Positions 1 through 13,038 of a stretch of 64,000 nt of DNA are shown in pieces; within the stretch, counting starts at the first letter, position 1; each line of letters opens with the position of its first letter. The notes beneath the pieces are model-generated. The model saw only the letters and a program-made list of their open reading frames with translations, was not told the origin of the DNA and made no database searches. Both the position numbers and the translations under genes were made by a program. Location: contig JANJGN010000012.1 of NCBI GenBank assembly GCA_026770705.1, positions 128,712,001-128,776,000 of the forward strand, in the 5' to 3' direction. Source of the stretch: Isurus oxyrinchus (taxonomy: Eukaryota).

Positions 1-735
1 ATTTTGCAGCGAGTAACTCACCTCCTGACTCCCCAAAACCTTTCTATAATCTACAAAATACAAGTCAGGAGTGTGATTCAATACTCTCCATTTCCCATGG
101 ATGAGTGCAGCTCCAACAACGCTCAAGAAGCTTGACACCATCTAGAACAAAGCCACTGCTTGATTGGTATCCCATCCACTACCTTAAACTTTTACTCCCT
201 CCACTACTGACGCACAGTGGCAACAGTGTGTACCACCTACATGATGCACTGCAGCAACTCACCAAGGCTCCTTCGAAGTATTTGGATGTGCACTTGCGAT
301 GCCATGGCATACAAGGCCTAGTGCAGGGAAATGGGATTAGAATAGTTAGGTACTTGTTCGACCGGCACAGACTCGATGGGCTGAAGAGCCTTTTTCTGTG
401 CTGTTGACCTCTATGACTCTATGACAGCACCTTCCAAACCCGTGACCTCTACCACCTAGAAGGACAAGGGCAGCAGATACATGGGAACACTATCACCTGT
501 AAATTCCCCTCCAACCCACACACCATCCTAACTTGGAACAATAGCACCATTTCTTCACTGTTGCTAGGTCAAAATCCTGAAAGTCCCTTCCTAACAGCAC
601 TGTGAGTGTACCTACACCACATGGACTGCAGTGGTTCAAGAAGACAGCTCACCACCACCTTATCAAGGGCAATTAGGGATGGGCACCAAATGCTGGCCTA
701 GCCAGCAACATTCACATCTCAGTTAAGGATTAAAA
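1..735 (+). mobile_element. 3' part of CR1/L2-group LINE ('family B'), interrupted by a nested CR1 tail
   Basis: Collinear with 43165-43735 (ctcacctcctgactccccaaaacct ... aagggcaattagggatgggc ... aaatgctggcctagccagc); decayed C-terminal ORF2 remnant. Confidence 0.85.
275..424 (+). mobile_element. HER1-type CR1 LINE 3' tail nested in family-B LINE
   Basis: Contains gactcgatgggctgaagagcctttttctgtgctg and ends ctctatgactctatga; splits the host motif aaggctccttcga|cagcaccttccaaacc (uninterrupted at about 43410). Confidence 0.8.
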
Positions 736-764
736 GAAATCTGCTGTTCCAATATCTCTATTGC

Positions 765-1015
765 TAAATGTACTGCATGATATGAAACTAAATCAGAAAG
801 CCCCAGGTTCTATCACTGATCCCTGTGATCACTGGTACAACTTGGGCAGATTCCTGTACACTGCTAGAACTGGATTCACTCCTTTTGAATTAGGGATAAC
901 GAAAAAACGAAGACAGGATTGCCGATCCTGACTGTGGTCCAGTGATTCCTGCTGGAAAGCGCACAAGTGTAGGATTTGCTTGAAGATAAGATCATGCTCA
1001 ACTGTGATGACCCCT
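765..1015 (+). mobile_element. Ancient tRNA-derived SINE, AmnSINE2-like
   Basis: ccaggttctatcactg ... ccagtgattcctgctggaaagcgcac ... ctgtgatgacccc resembles my recollection of AmnSINE2; related fragments near 13075-13200 (+) and 14058-14095 (-). Confidence 0.45.
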
Positions 1016-1189
1016 TACATGCGCGGACACGTACACACACATGCATACCATTCCGCTAGGGGAGGTTCCAGAGAGGAGGCCAGTCCTTCAGGAGAGGGTG
1101 GAAGAAAACTGCAAAGGATAGGGAGAGAGAAACAGTTTTGGGATCTGTATTCACGGACAAATATGGCTTTCAACCTGGTCTAGAAAATA

Positions 1190-1705
1190 AACAGACCTGC
1201 CGCAGATACAAACATCTTACATATAACAATCACGAGAATCAAAGCCCACAAGAATAGAAAACCAATTGACTCCACAACCAAAGGGTAGTGATTACAACTA
1301 TGGAATTACAGAAAACCCATTGAATGTCATCAGCCTCCCAGCATTTTCTAGAGCACAAGTCCCAACCATTCATCTCCAAAGCTACTCCGGAGAATGGGAG
1401 TATCAAGGTTATAAAGTCTGCAATACAGCAGCAAGACTGGACATTTAGCCCTATAGGTCAGTGCTGCATTAAGATCATTAGCCTCTCCCAGGCACCAATA
1501 TCATGGGCTGATTAAAATAAATCCACAGAATGAGGTTAAGATAAATGAACTTGAATTCCCGGTAGAAGCCGCTGCCAGACAAAGCAAGTCACTCCTAATG
1601 AAACCACATCCTTCCTTGTAAATCCATAAACCAAAGATGGGTGAGGTAAAGAAAAAGAAAATCCCCTTAGCTCCCTCACGTGGTATAGTCCGAGTTCCAG
1701 TAACA
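1190..1705 (-). mobile_element. Possible solo LTR
   Basis: Minus strand starts TGTTAC at 1705 and has a GT-rich distal part; other end not defined. Confidence 0.25.
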
Positions 1706-2199
1706 CATCTAGTCATGGACCATTGTTACAGAAAATTGGGTTAAATTTGTCAGTTAGATACTTCTATCAGAGATTTAATCATATTAACCACTATTATAAC
1801 AAGAGAAGCAAAGTTTAGTATCCAGGCTCACTCGCCCCTTGTTCTTCCAAGTCTTATTGTGTTCCATCCCCAATTTCTCTTAGTAGCCTGGAATAAATAC
1901 CATCCATCCATGGACATTTGTTCATTTTCAAATGTTTAGACCTGTTTAAAACCTCCATGTTGTTGATGTAGAAGTCCTCAAGTTTGTAAGGATTAATATG
2001 GTCATAGGCTCAATATGCTAATTATTTCCTACTCATCTTCAGTTTCATCTCCATTAGCATTCTTTCACTTCTTTCTTTACCTTTCTCTTGTTGTTATGCT
2101 ATTGAAAGCATTTCCAGCCCTTGCACTTTCTATATCTATCCTCATTTCCAATCCTCTCTTTGCACCTCCATCACCCATTACAGGTGCAAAGGGAACAAT

Positions 2200-2879
2200 T
2201 TGAATTTTTAAATAAAACAGACTAGCTTGAATTCAAAAGAGAGGGTGAAATATTACACCTAGCCAGGAGAAGTTAAGAAACAGTGTATTTATTTTTCCCA
2301 AAGATTGCTGGTAAAATTGGTACAATGATAGATTTTATTATTAGAGAGGTAAAAGTCCCAAGACATAGTGAAACAATGGGAATTTGCATTCAAAGGGGAA
2401 AATATGTAGAGAGGAGAAAAGGCTGTGTGTAAGAGCAGGCATTCTAAGATCTAATAAGTGTGAAAAGTCTCCAGCATCTAAGCCTCAAGCTGCTGTCTAC
2501 AAAGAACTGAAGTTAAGAAAACTCACTTTGAATTCAGCTGTTTTGGGTATTGCGTGTTACTTTGCTTGGGTCTTTTGAAATCTATGTGTCTCACTGTTGC
2601 CTTAATGGAGGTGTAACTGGGGTTTAGATTAATTAGGGAATTTAGAAGTTATCATAGTAGTAATTTGTAGATCTATGTAAATGATTAAAATCATTTCTTC
2701 TATTAATAAAGGTTTAATTAATTTTGTAAGAAACCTATTAGACTTGGTGGCCTTCTTTTACTGAATTCAAAGCCCGCATATTGAAATAAGTACAAATTGC
2801 AAATATAGTTGTGGCGGCTGCTTCAAGTTTCCCTCTGGGATTTGGGCAGCTTGGCATTTACCATCCACCTGCCATAACA
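2200..2879 (+). mobile_element. Solo-LTR-like sequence
   Basis: AATAAA near 2705, ends ...CCATAACA; 5' boundary uncertain. Confidence 0.4.
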
Positions 2880-2999
2880 CATATCTAAACCTTTATAACT
2901 TATGTATTACCTGTCTCAATTTTAAAATAAGCTTTAACCATTGAGGTAAAATTTCCCCATTGGTTCACTCCATTAACCAGTGTAACGTTGGCTGAAGTA

Positions 3000-3700
3000 G
3001 TAGCTGTGGCTCAGTTGATAACACTCTTGCCTTAGAGTCAAATGGTTATGAGTGCCACTCCATAGACTTGAGCATAATATCTAGGCTGACATTTCAGTGC
3101 AGCACTGAGGGAGTACTGCTCCTTCAGAGGTGCTGCCTTTCAGGTGGCATACTAAACTGAGACCCTGTATGTCTTAGGATCCTAGGGTGGTATTTGAAGT
3201 GCAGGGCAGTTCTGCCCTAACGTCCTAGCTTTCTTATTCTTAGGCAGTCCCGTGGATTTGAGAATGACTTGCTTACACTTCAGTTTGATGGGTTCTGAGA
3301 TGGCTGATAGGGCCAATGCATGGTCTGCAGATTCTGCCGCATGCGGGGCAGATGGTGCTTGAAGGGTTGGGTGGGGGGGTGGGGGTGTTGTTTGGAGGTT
3401 TGTAAGCGCCCTTTGCTGCCTCGACTTCACCTCTGCACATACTCGACAAATTCCCTCAATGTGTTTGGTGCCTTCCTGAATGAGCCTTCTTCATTTCGGT
3501 CAGTCACAAGCCACGAGTCGGTGCGTATGGCAAACGGTTTATTGGGTCATTATCTTATTGCTGTTCGTCAGATCTTGTGTGCCAATTGGTTGTGTGTTTC
3601 ATGCATTATAACAGTGACTACCCTGCAAAAATATTTCATAGGTTATAAATAATTTTGTGAGGTCATGAAAGGTGCTATTCTTCATTTAAGGCTGTTTGTG
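3000..3700 (+). mobile_element. Deu-domain SINE (SacSINE1-like) split by an RTE fragment
   Basis: tRNA-like head gctgtggctcagttgata, Deu-type core cagtgcagcactgagggagt; tail resumes at about 3540 (ttattgctgtt...gaggtcatgaaaggtgctat). Confidence 0.7.
3228..3525 (-). mobile_element. RTE-clade LINE 3' end
   Basis: Minus-strand translation ...RRLIQEGTKHIE...CPACGRICRPCIGPISHLRTHQ, the C-terminal C2H2-like motif of RTE ORFs, followed by a short taagaa-repeat tail. Confidence 0.75.
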
Positions 3701-4139
3701 TCATTTTTCCAGTTTTTCCACCAATCTTCCACTGAAGTTACGGTTACTGGAAATTGGAAGAACCCCAATAAAAATTTGACCCAGTTATACTTTCCTCTCT
3801 TTTTCTTGGCTCCCACCCTCCATTTTCAAGCTAAAACTTCAATCATCTTTGTGAGCCAATACAAGTTCTGAAAAAATGATGACTTTTGCATCTATTGGAC
3901 CAACTTATTCCATGCTTACACACATCTAAACAGAAAGATATTGCTGAGCAACTAGAAAATGTGGCACTCGCCCATTAAGTAGGACCCTCTTTTGTATAGG
4001 TCAATAATTAAAATGGTCATTAAAAGTGAAAACATTGCGATATATAAAATTGCTTTCATGCAGGCTTACAATAACGCATATAACCCCAATTAAATTCTTA
4101 CACATGAATGTTCAGTTGGAAACCTTTGCCCCTTGACCC

Positions 4140-4445
4140 CTGGCACAGCTGAACCAACACCCTACCCCTGTCACCCCAGCTCTGCTCAACCACCTGGCAT
4201 CTCCGACTCTGCTCACCTGCACCTACTTGTGACATCCCCAAGCTCTGCTCACCTGCATGCACCCCTGCCCCCGAGCCTACACCCCAGGGTCTGCTTAGCA
4301 CTCCCTCATACCTTCTCCACCAGCATCACAGGCTCTGCTCACACCCCAGCTTCAGTTCTACTCATGCCCCCACCACCTCCTTGCCCGCGGCTCTGCTCCC
4401 TTGCCTCCTCCCCATCAACCCTCCTCCCCTAAGCTCCCAGGTTCC
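4140..4445. repeat. Degenerate C-rich minisatellite (core ctctgctcacc)
   Basis: Five or more recurrences of (g/a)ctctgctc(a/c) at about 30-90 bp spacing. Confidence 0.6.
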
Positions 4446-6249
4446 TCAGTCCCACTGATGTTGGAGAAGAGCTGGATGTGCGGGGTTGGACAATTGGAGG
4501 TTGAAGGTGCTGGGGGTTGGCAGGCGAGCTGGGTGGGGGGTGGTCGGAGGTGGCGGGTTGGAACCGGAAGTGAAGAGAAGCGAAGTTGGAATTAAGAGTT
4601 GATTAAAGAAGACATTTAAAATGATTTTTAAAAATGTAGCTGTCATTGAGCTGAAGTAGGCCTCAGAGGCTGTGTCTTCAGCTGGTGATGTCAAAGGAGG
4701 CATTGGCTTTGCTGGAATTGCTCCTCGCCAATAAGCCTCACTACTTACCTCACCAATAGATCTACAGTACAGCCAGGAGAGCAAATTCCCACTGCAGTCT
4801 CTGAAAAAGGTAAATGCAGTCAGCGGCATACATCTCTGCTTCAGCACTGACCTCAAGGTCTGGGTCACTAAGTCAAATATTAGGATGAATTGGATTCACT
4901 TTTGTGGGATATCTAGGATTGCTTTGGTAACTGGATAGTTACTGATGTCATTTCCTCAGCCTGATACTAACAAGGACTTCCCTATCCCATTTAATACTCA
5001 CGTAATTAACAGTCAGTTGAAACTGAAAACAGGCAGGTGCACTAACCAACCCAAAGGGTCAGTTGGATAAATTGAGTCTTTCAATGGTACAAGTGAGTCA
5101 GATTCCATAGCTTTTGTGAGTCAGACTTCTTGCAATAATGAGGTCTGATCTGTGAAACTCTCTCACCCAGGGCAATCTGAACTGTGCTTGCAAAGATGGA
5201 AGAGCTAAAAACACAAGGCCTTGAAAAACACTGTAAAGTTTTCAAGCCCTTTGAGAATACCCCTGTGCAGAGCAGATACATATGGCAGCCCAATAGTGTT
5301 TAATGGCGTATTAACTGAGAGAAGCCTACAATTCTGTTGTAGCTGCACAATGATTTCCTTCACTTCCACCAGCCCTCACCATAACCCCAAACTAATAAAG
5401 ACTGATTTCCCTTTGTCCTGCCGGTTCTTTGTTTTGTTGAGTCACTGATGTGCTTTCATTCTGGCATCTCCCTCGGGTTAAATCTGATAGCCTCTCGTTC
5501 ATGTACAAGTACAACATGACTCAAACAACAGTATGTGTAAATGAACAACACAGACACTTGCACAGCTATCTGTATTGTACATTATGAGATCTGACAGATG
5601 ACTAAATGCCTTCTCAGTGGAACTCATTTGGGAAGAGCTGTCAGCTGAGTAAAAGCAATTATGATATTGTGTTTGTTTGAAAAGCCTGCATGTATACATG
5701 CAATGGTGAACTAGTGGCAGAAAAGCATTCCTGACTGCCTCCTGTGTACAGTTGGAGAGAGTGAGCCCGTTTACATTACTGAACTGAAATGAGTTCAAAA
5801 TGTACAGGCTGCAGCCAAAAAAATCCCTCAAAAGAAAGTTTCAGGTAGAACAATCGGGATTAAGTTATTAAAAGGTCATGAATGTATTTTCTGCATCAAG
5901 CTTTCTATGCAAATCCAATGCCTCTGCCCTGGCCTGAAATGTCAAATAATCAGGTAATTGAAACCACTTCCATTTGTTTGAGGCTACTAGTGTTACGTAA
6001 GCTGGCACCGGCTCAAGGGAGTTTGAATCACAGCCTGATATTTTGACAGAAGGGATGCCAACCAAACCTTGGCCCTACCCAGTGTTCTCCACCATGACCT
6101 AAATCCACCTCCTCTTCAAGTATGTGGAGAGACAATTTGGTCTACGTTGGTGGTTTCCCTTTCAAAGAATACACAACTTTATTAACCCCCTGTGTCTGGG
6201 TAGTATAAGGGTGTCAAATATATCCCTGACAGTCACATATAAGTAATTT

Positions 6250-6578
6250 GGTTTCTTATCCCATTAAAAAATAAACATTTAAGAGGCAGCAATAGAGCTG
6301 GAAAATGTTTCAAAAATGTGTTGAAATTTAGCATTCCTTCCTTGAAGTGTTTGAATAGGAAAAGATCATAGAGAGTTATTGGAATTATGACTGTTTCACC
6401 ATGGAGAAATACCGAGGCTGTGGCTTTTGCGCCCTTTACAGGCAAATCAGATAAATATTTTAAGTCGTGAAAGATACAGGACTAATGGAAGATGGCAGGT
6501 CAGTGGAATTAGTTTTGGATCCCTGAAGTGATTATGATGATCTCCGTGGACCCTTCTGTGCTAGAAAATTCTATGGTT
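6250..6578 (+). mobile_element. Highly decayed CR1 3' fragment
   Basis: gataaatattttaag...gatacagg and terminal cttctgtgctagaaaattctatg match CR1 tails elsewhere in the window. Confidence 0.45.
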
Positions 6579-7494
6579 TTAAATGTTCAGCTCATCAGTA
6601 AGTAGGATCTCAATCCCTCCGTAAACACTGCCTCTCACCACCTGGATTTAGGCTGTGCTCAACCTAATTCCAAGGCCTAATTCCAATCTGATTGGCCGAC
6701 AGCTTTTTAGTCCCTGGCAGTGACAGGGACCGCAGTGGACTGACGGGGAACTTCATGAAGTTCATGGAGCCTAAGTCCCGGGAGCAGATGGAAAGGTTAG
6801 TTTTTGGGGTCTCAGGGCAGGGAGTGTAGGTAAAGCTGGTGGGGGTGGGGTGGGGGGCAGGGTTAGTGGGTGGATAATAGTGGGATACTCGGGTGTTGGG
6901 TGAGAAGCCGAGTATGGGGGGAAGATCCAGCAGATACCAGACCTTAAGGGGGATGGGGTGGGGGTGCCTGAAGTTAGGAGGGGGCTTCAGTCTTCTGATG
7001 AAAGTGCCTCCACCCCTCCCTTCTCGCCCGAGGCCTAAACCCGATCATTTTCTGGCTTCCCTTACATTAGAAATGCTCCGGCAGGCCTAAAAATTGAGGC
7101 TGGGAGGGAAACGGCCTTTGAGTGGTCAATAATTGACCACTTAAGGTCTTCAACTGGGGCAATTGTGTAAAATCATTGAGAGTCAGGGAAGGCAGGAACC
7201 CAGCAGGAAGCCCCTTCATGCTAATTCACACTCCTCCCACCACCTACAAACCCACCAAAAGGGGAGGGTGAAATTCAGACCCAAGACTATGGTAACAATA
7301 AAGCTATGACATGGGTCCAGGAACATCTCTCTTTCTAATCTTTCTTTTCGTACATTATGTGGTAAACTTTGGGCTCAGTGATGCTGCTGAGTTTTCGTAT
7401 TCACAGGCGTAAGGATTCAAACCTATGCACCTCATGCTGTGGTATCATAGAGCTCTGGCATCACTTTCTTAAACAGTAACTCATCTAAGTTGAA

Positions 7495-7905
7495 AGAAGG
7501 AGATGACTTACATTGCTATATTGGCTTTCAATGACCTCAGCACATCGCAAAGTATTTTAGAGCCAATTAAACACTTTTACAGTGTAGTCACCATTGTAAT
7601 GAAGCAGCCAGTTTGTACACAGCAAGATCTCACAAGCAGCATTGAAATAAAGCTCAGGTGTTGGTTAACAGATGAATATGGCCAGGACATTGGGAGAACA
7701 CTCCATTGAATAGTGGCATGGAAATTTTTACCTCCACTGCAGAGAGTGCAAGAGGCCTTCATTTAACATTTCATCCAAAAGCCAACACCTCTGGCAGTGC
7801 AGCACTCCCTCAATACTACATAGAACTTCTAGTGTAAATTATGTGCTCAAGTCTTGGGATTGGAGCTTGAACCTGATGAGGCAACAGTGTTACCACTGAG
7901 TCAAG
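7495..7905 (-). mobile_element. SacSINE1-like Deu-SINE
   Basis: Reverse complement of 9145-9560 (cagtgcagcactccctca; cacagcaagatctcacaagcagca). Confidence 0.75.
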
Positions 7906-9144
7906 GGTGCAACATAAATTAACTTCCAGTGCAGCAAAAAATATAATGAAATTTTAACAGCAATCAAATCTAGAAAAGGTTTTATTTCAGTGAATCAGAG
8001 AATGGAAAAAATCTTTGCAAAAGATTACAAAAACAAGCCCAGCATGGGGCAAGATAATGAAGGTGTGCAGGCAAGGGACAGATGTACTGATGTTAACCAC
8101 AAGCAGAGGAGTCACCTTGTTTCTCATCTCATAGGCCAGTGGAATGTTTCAGATATGCAGAACAGCATTAGGCAGTGGCCAGATTGGACCTACAGAATTT
8201 CTACAGATCCTATGTGTAATTCATGATGTTTCCCCTAAATGATCACAGGACATCACCACAGTACAATTCAGTTAATGGGCATGCTGATAAAGAAAGTGCA
8301 CGTAACAGGAAGCCCCGATTAATTTCCCTTATAACTTAAGTAACAATGCTATAAGGACAGCTTAGTGGTGGCTGCTCACTGAGGAACTCACCAACCAGTG
8401 CTCAAAATGATCATTACAGGGCAGCAGATGAGAATATTTTCAGCAAAAGTAATAGTCAAGAGTTTCCTTCGCATGTAGTTACCAATGCTGTGCCTGTTTG
8501 CGATGAGGCTGGTTTATCACAGGCAAGTGCTCAACTACAGCCAATGATTCTTTGAATAGATTTGGCAAAACCTTAGTGCTATTTTTGCACAATGATTCAC
8601 TCTCTAGGAAATCAGTCTGTCTGTGTTACACTATCTTGCTTCTGCAGTTCTAAACCCATGCAAAGGAGGTGAAGAAGACATTTTGCTTAGCTTGCAATAA
8701 GGGTCAACTCTGCTGGGAAGCCTGTGTTCGCCTAGTTCAGTGAAATGGGCAAGTTGGCTGATACAGAGGGGCTTTCCTAGTAAACTGTTGATTTTTTATT
8801 TGTATTATCATCAGGACTCCTTTCTCTTAGCAAGTGCTGCTATTTTGATCAGCCACTCTCCAACAATGTCACTTAAAACTTAAAAGCAAGAAAGGAATCC
8901 TAAAAGTGGCAAGGATACCCGTTTTGGGTATGGATGAGGATGGTTCTGTGAAACTGCTCGATTAAACTCATCAGGGGTGATCCTGCACAAAGGTATGTGC
9001 TATTAAGCTCCCTATAGATCTGTAAGTAGATGGGAACTCCTTAGGGCCAAGTTTGTAAGTGAGCATACGACTATGATTGTCAGTTATGGCACAGTTGGTA
9101 GCACCTCCATGGCAAGCGTCAGCCTCACTTCGAGGGACTGCTCG

Positions 9145-9560
9145 AGAGAGAGAGTTGGTAGCACTCTCACCTGCCAGGTCAGGAGGCTGCATATTCGTGT
9201 TCCACTCCAGAGACTTGAGCACAGTAGATTGACACTCCAGTGCAGTACTGAGGGAGTGTTGCACTGATAAATGAAATGTTAAATCAAAGCCTGTCTGCCC
9301 TTTCAGTTGGCCATAAAAGATACCATGATGTAATTTGGAAAAAAAAGGGCAAATTTTCCAGGTCAATATTTATCCCACAATCAACAGTAAAGAAATAATA
9401 TATTATTTGGTCCTTATCACATTGCTGTTTGTGGGAGCTTGCTGTGCACAAATTGACTATATTACAACAGGGTGATGACAGTTTCTTTGTTGGCTGTAAA
9501 ACACCTTGTGACATTCTGAGGTCATAAAAGATGCTTTGGAAATATAAATCTTTCTTTTTA
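9145..9560 (+). mobile_element. SacSINE1-like Deu-SINE, near full length
   Basis: Head gttggtagcactctcacct, core gactccagtgcagtactgagggagt, tail attgctgtttgtgggagcttgctgtgcacaaattg. Confidence 0.8.
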
Positions 9561-10175
9561 TCCTATTGAGCTTCTCAACACTTGATCCATAAGTGGGCAA
9601 AAAACACACCGGCCCATTAGGCTTCTTGGGTCTGGCCTGCTGGAGGGTGGGAAATATCATATAATGAGCTCCACAGAATTGTCTGGAAACCATGTGCAGA
9701 TCTGCAAACCCAATTCAGAAACTTACTGTTCATATGTTGTCTGGTCAGAAGTTATAGAGACCTTGGTTCCGTTAGCTCTAAGTATTTACTACAGAAGCAG
9801 AGGGCAAGGGGATCCATATTCTATCATCTGTGGAATAGGATCCTAATGCATCAATGCTCCAGAGTTTCTGCATTGCCTACAAATAGGGGACACCAATAAC
9901 TCCTTACCTTTACACTAAATTCTTCTACAACTCAATATAATGTCACAGGCATAGAGGTTATGTCGAAGCAGAAGTCAACGATTGTGAGTGACGTATCTCA
10001 TCGATCCATTATAGCTCATTCTGTATGCTATTATTGTTGCCTGCCTGCTAAAGAAATCTTAAAATGTTTAAGTAATTTTTATGGCCACTCACCTCTCAGA
10101 ATTCCAGGTGTTTCTTCCCCTGATCCCCTCCGCTCAACTAGTAAGCCTCCACCCTCTTTTCTATTATGACTGTAT

Positions 10176-10333
10176 GGGTAGATTTTGAACTTGCTGCCTG
10201 GTGTTGCAGCTCAGTGCAGTTTTTCAGTAACTACCCAATAGCAACACTGAAAATGAAAAACCAGGCGGTTTCCATAACGGACATCTGTTCAACAATGCCA
10301 ACTGGCAAGGTGGCAAGTTAAAAATTTGTCCCC
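10176..10333. mobile_element. Short MITE-like element
   Basis: Imperfect terminal inverted repeats gggtagattttgaacttgc ... gcaagttaaaaatttgtcccc. Confidence 0.55.
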
Positions 10334-11609
10334 ATTGCTCATAGGAGGCACAAGTCACCAGTCAGAAAGCCCTATTATAAATGCCTTATATGCAGTGCTG
10401 CTGATGAACAGACATTGACTGTGCGTTGATTTAGTGTGAACGTAATTAAAGAAAGTCTTTATTTGTACTGTCTTCTCGAATTGCTTCATGTACAATAAAT
10501 TACCTCTGAAGTACAGTGACATTTGTTAGATTCTAGGTTTTCTCTTCCAATACTGGTAGCATTTTATGTAGGAATACATTAAATCTAATATGTATATCGA
10601 ATGTTGTTTTACTTGTTTAAAATGAGAGCAGAAAAAAATTGCTCTGGTGTCTCCTGGGCCTAAATTACTGAGCACTAAAATCATATCCATATCAAATGAC
10701 TCAAGTGGAGAGCAATAGAGAGTCATTAAGTCCTAAATGTAAAAGCTTTCCTCAGCTGTTAATATAATATTTGACCTGAGTGATAAAATACTGTTTAGCT
10801 TTTTATAGAAGAGATAACAAAAGGGATTGATTGGGAAAGTGACTGATTAGAAATGAGAGTGTCAGTCGTAAAGTGAACTCACTGGGTGTGATCCAAGGAT
10901 TCCTGGTGCTGAGAAATGGTTCAGAAGACTCTTGTTTGGATAGAGCCATTTACATTGGGTTAATTCCACATCAAAGCCACGTTTGAATTAAGATGTGTAA
11001 TGTAGGGACACTTTAAAACTGTCTTTCTAACCAACTTATGAGAAAGAGCAGCTTTTTTGAAAAATAGATTGTTACAAGGTCCCTGTCTTTTCTTTTAAAA
11101 TGACTTTATGTTGATCCCCACAGCAAATAAAGAATGATAAGCTGCCAACTTTATTCATAGCATCAGAAGAAATGATTGGAGTGCTTGAAGTTGTGTAGGG
11201 CATAACTAAGGTGAAAACTGAGAAGCTCCTTGTGTACAACCAGGAACACATAAGCAGGGGCACAGTTATTAAACAAGGAAAACCTCGAGCTAAACATAAC
11301 TTAAGGCATGATGCCAACTGTTCAGGCAGGTCTGCATTGCACGGAATGATCCCTAATATAATCCTAGCAGCTGCTTACAGTAAGCCAGCACTGCATGGGA
11401 CAGAGCCTTGGTGTCACCCTGTCAGGGGAGATATGTTGGTTCCCTACCATCAATCTAGTGACTGTCTTCATTACCAATCGGAATGGTCCAGGCTGGCATC
11501 CCAGCAGATTTGCCACCTGACTTTCCATGTCCAAGAGTTCAGCGTTTGAACTGGCAATGAGACGCAGCACCATAGAGACTAGAAATGCCAAAGGCTCAGT
11601 TATTAAGAA

Positions 11610-11996
11610 AAAGTAGACTTGCATTTGTACAGCAGTTTTCGTGACCACCAGATGTCTCAAAATGCTTCACAGCCAGTGAAGTACTTCTGAACCGTAGCCA
11701 CTATTGTTTTGTGGAAAACGTGGCAGCCAATTTGGGCACAGCAAGCTCCCACAAACAGCAAAGTGATAATGACCAGATAATCTGTTTTTGTAATGTTGTT
11801 TAAGAGATAATCATTGGCCAGGACACCAGGGATCACTTGCCTGCTCTTTTTCAAAATAGTACCACAGGATCTTTTACATTCACCTGAGAGGGCAGACGGG
11901 TCCTCAGTTTAACATCTCATCTGAAAAATGAAACTTCCAATAATGTTGCACTCTGGAACCCATAACATTCTGACTCAGTGTCACCAACTCAGCCAC
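11610..11996 (-). mobile_element. SacSINE1-like Deu-SINE
   Basis: gcacagcaagctcccacaaacagcaa and cttttacattcacctgagagggcagac, antisense to the 9145 copy. Confidence 0.8.
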
Positions 11997-12008
11997 AGCT
12001 GAATCTTT

Positions 12009-13038
12009 GGCCCAGATTTTCGCTCCCAGATCAGTTTGCAAAGAGATGGGAGAATTCCTGGCTCCATGAACCCAAACTTTCAAAATGGTCACCATTGAGT
12101 TCTGGGGGCTGGATTAGAAATCAGGCCCGTACCCCCCAACCACCCCCCAAACCCACCCCCGAAATGAGTACGGAAGCTGCTGGGCACGGAGAGGGGCTGG
12201 ATGGAAGGCCTGCCTCTGTGCTCTGGTACTTTGTTCAATTAACTTAAAAAAGTATTGAAACAACCAACGGCCCTCCATTCCTCACCCCCTTCCCCCACCC
12301 CCCACCCCCCCCAACAGATCCCCATGCTCAATTCATGCCAAACTACACCAATCCTTACCTGTCTACCCACCCCCATAGCCTCTCATATCCCCTATGCCAA
12401 CCCATGCCCCCTTCTCACACCCATGCCTCCTCATACCCCCATGCCAACCAATGCCCCTCTACCCAACTCTATTGCCCCTCATGCCCCAAATGTCCCCCAC
12501 ATCCCCATGGCCCTTTATAGCTCCTATGCTAACTTAGCGCCAATTCATGCCAACCCAAGCCCTCCACCCACCACCCCCCTGCCAACACACCTATTCTTCT
12601 TTGACAGGTTTGACAGTTCTTTGACAACTTTGACAGTTCCAATGAGTTTACACACTTATTATGCACAATCATGCTTATTTTTAACAATCCCAAAGGGTGC
12701 CTTAATTCTCTTAAAGGGTGCCTTAGCTATTTCATAGGTGTCCCAGGACTATTTCCAAAGGGGTAACTTACCTCTCCAAAGGGGTACCATGGGTATCCAA
12801 ACAAATTCATCAAGTTCAGACCAGCTCTTACCTAGTCTAATCTGCACACTCTGGGTTTCATACTCCTGGCCTACCAAAATCCCACTTCAGCGGTGAATTA
12901 AATGGCCAGCTACCTCCATAAACTGTGCATATGCGAACCCCAGCCTGACTTCAGTCCCACCCCTGCAAAAATAGGAAGTGCTGTGTTCAGGATAGGACTT
13001 AGGGCTCCCAGGCTCTCTGTTCTGGCAAAATCCGGGCC
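12009..13038. mobile_element. Non-autonomous TIR element (PIF/Harbinger-like MITE) with C-rich interior
   Basis: TIRs ggcccagatttt (12009) and aaaatccgggcc (13038), 11/12 match. Confidence 0.6.

Noticed and set aside
4140-4445. Repeat-spacer pattern resembling CRISPR (also 43760-44290)
   Set aside because: Eukaryotic context, degenerate units, irregular spacing and no cas genes.
12255-12737. 160-aa proline-rich ORF
   Set aside because: Low-complexity C-rich interior of a TIR element; no splice or domain support.
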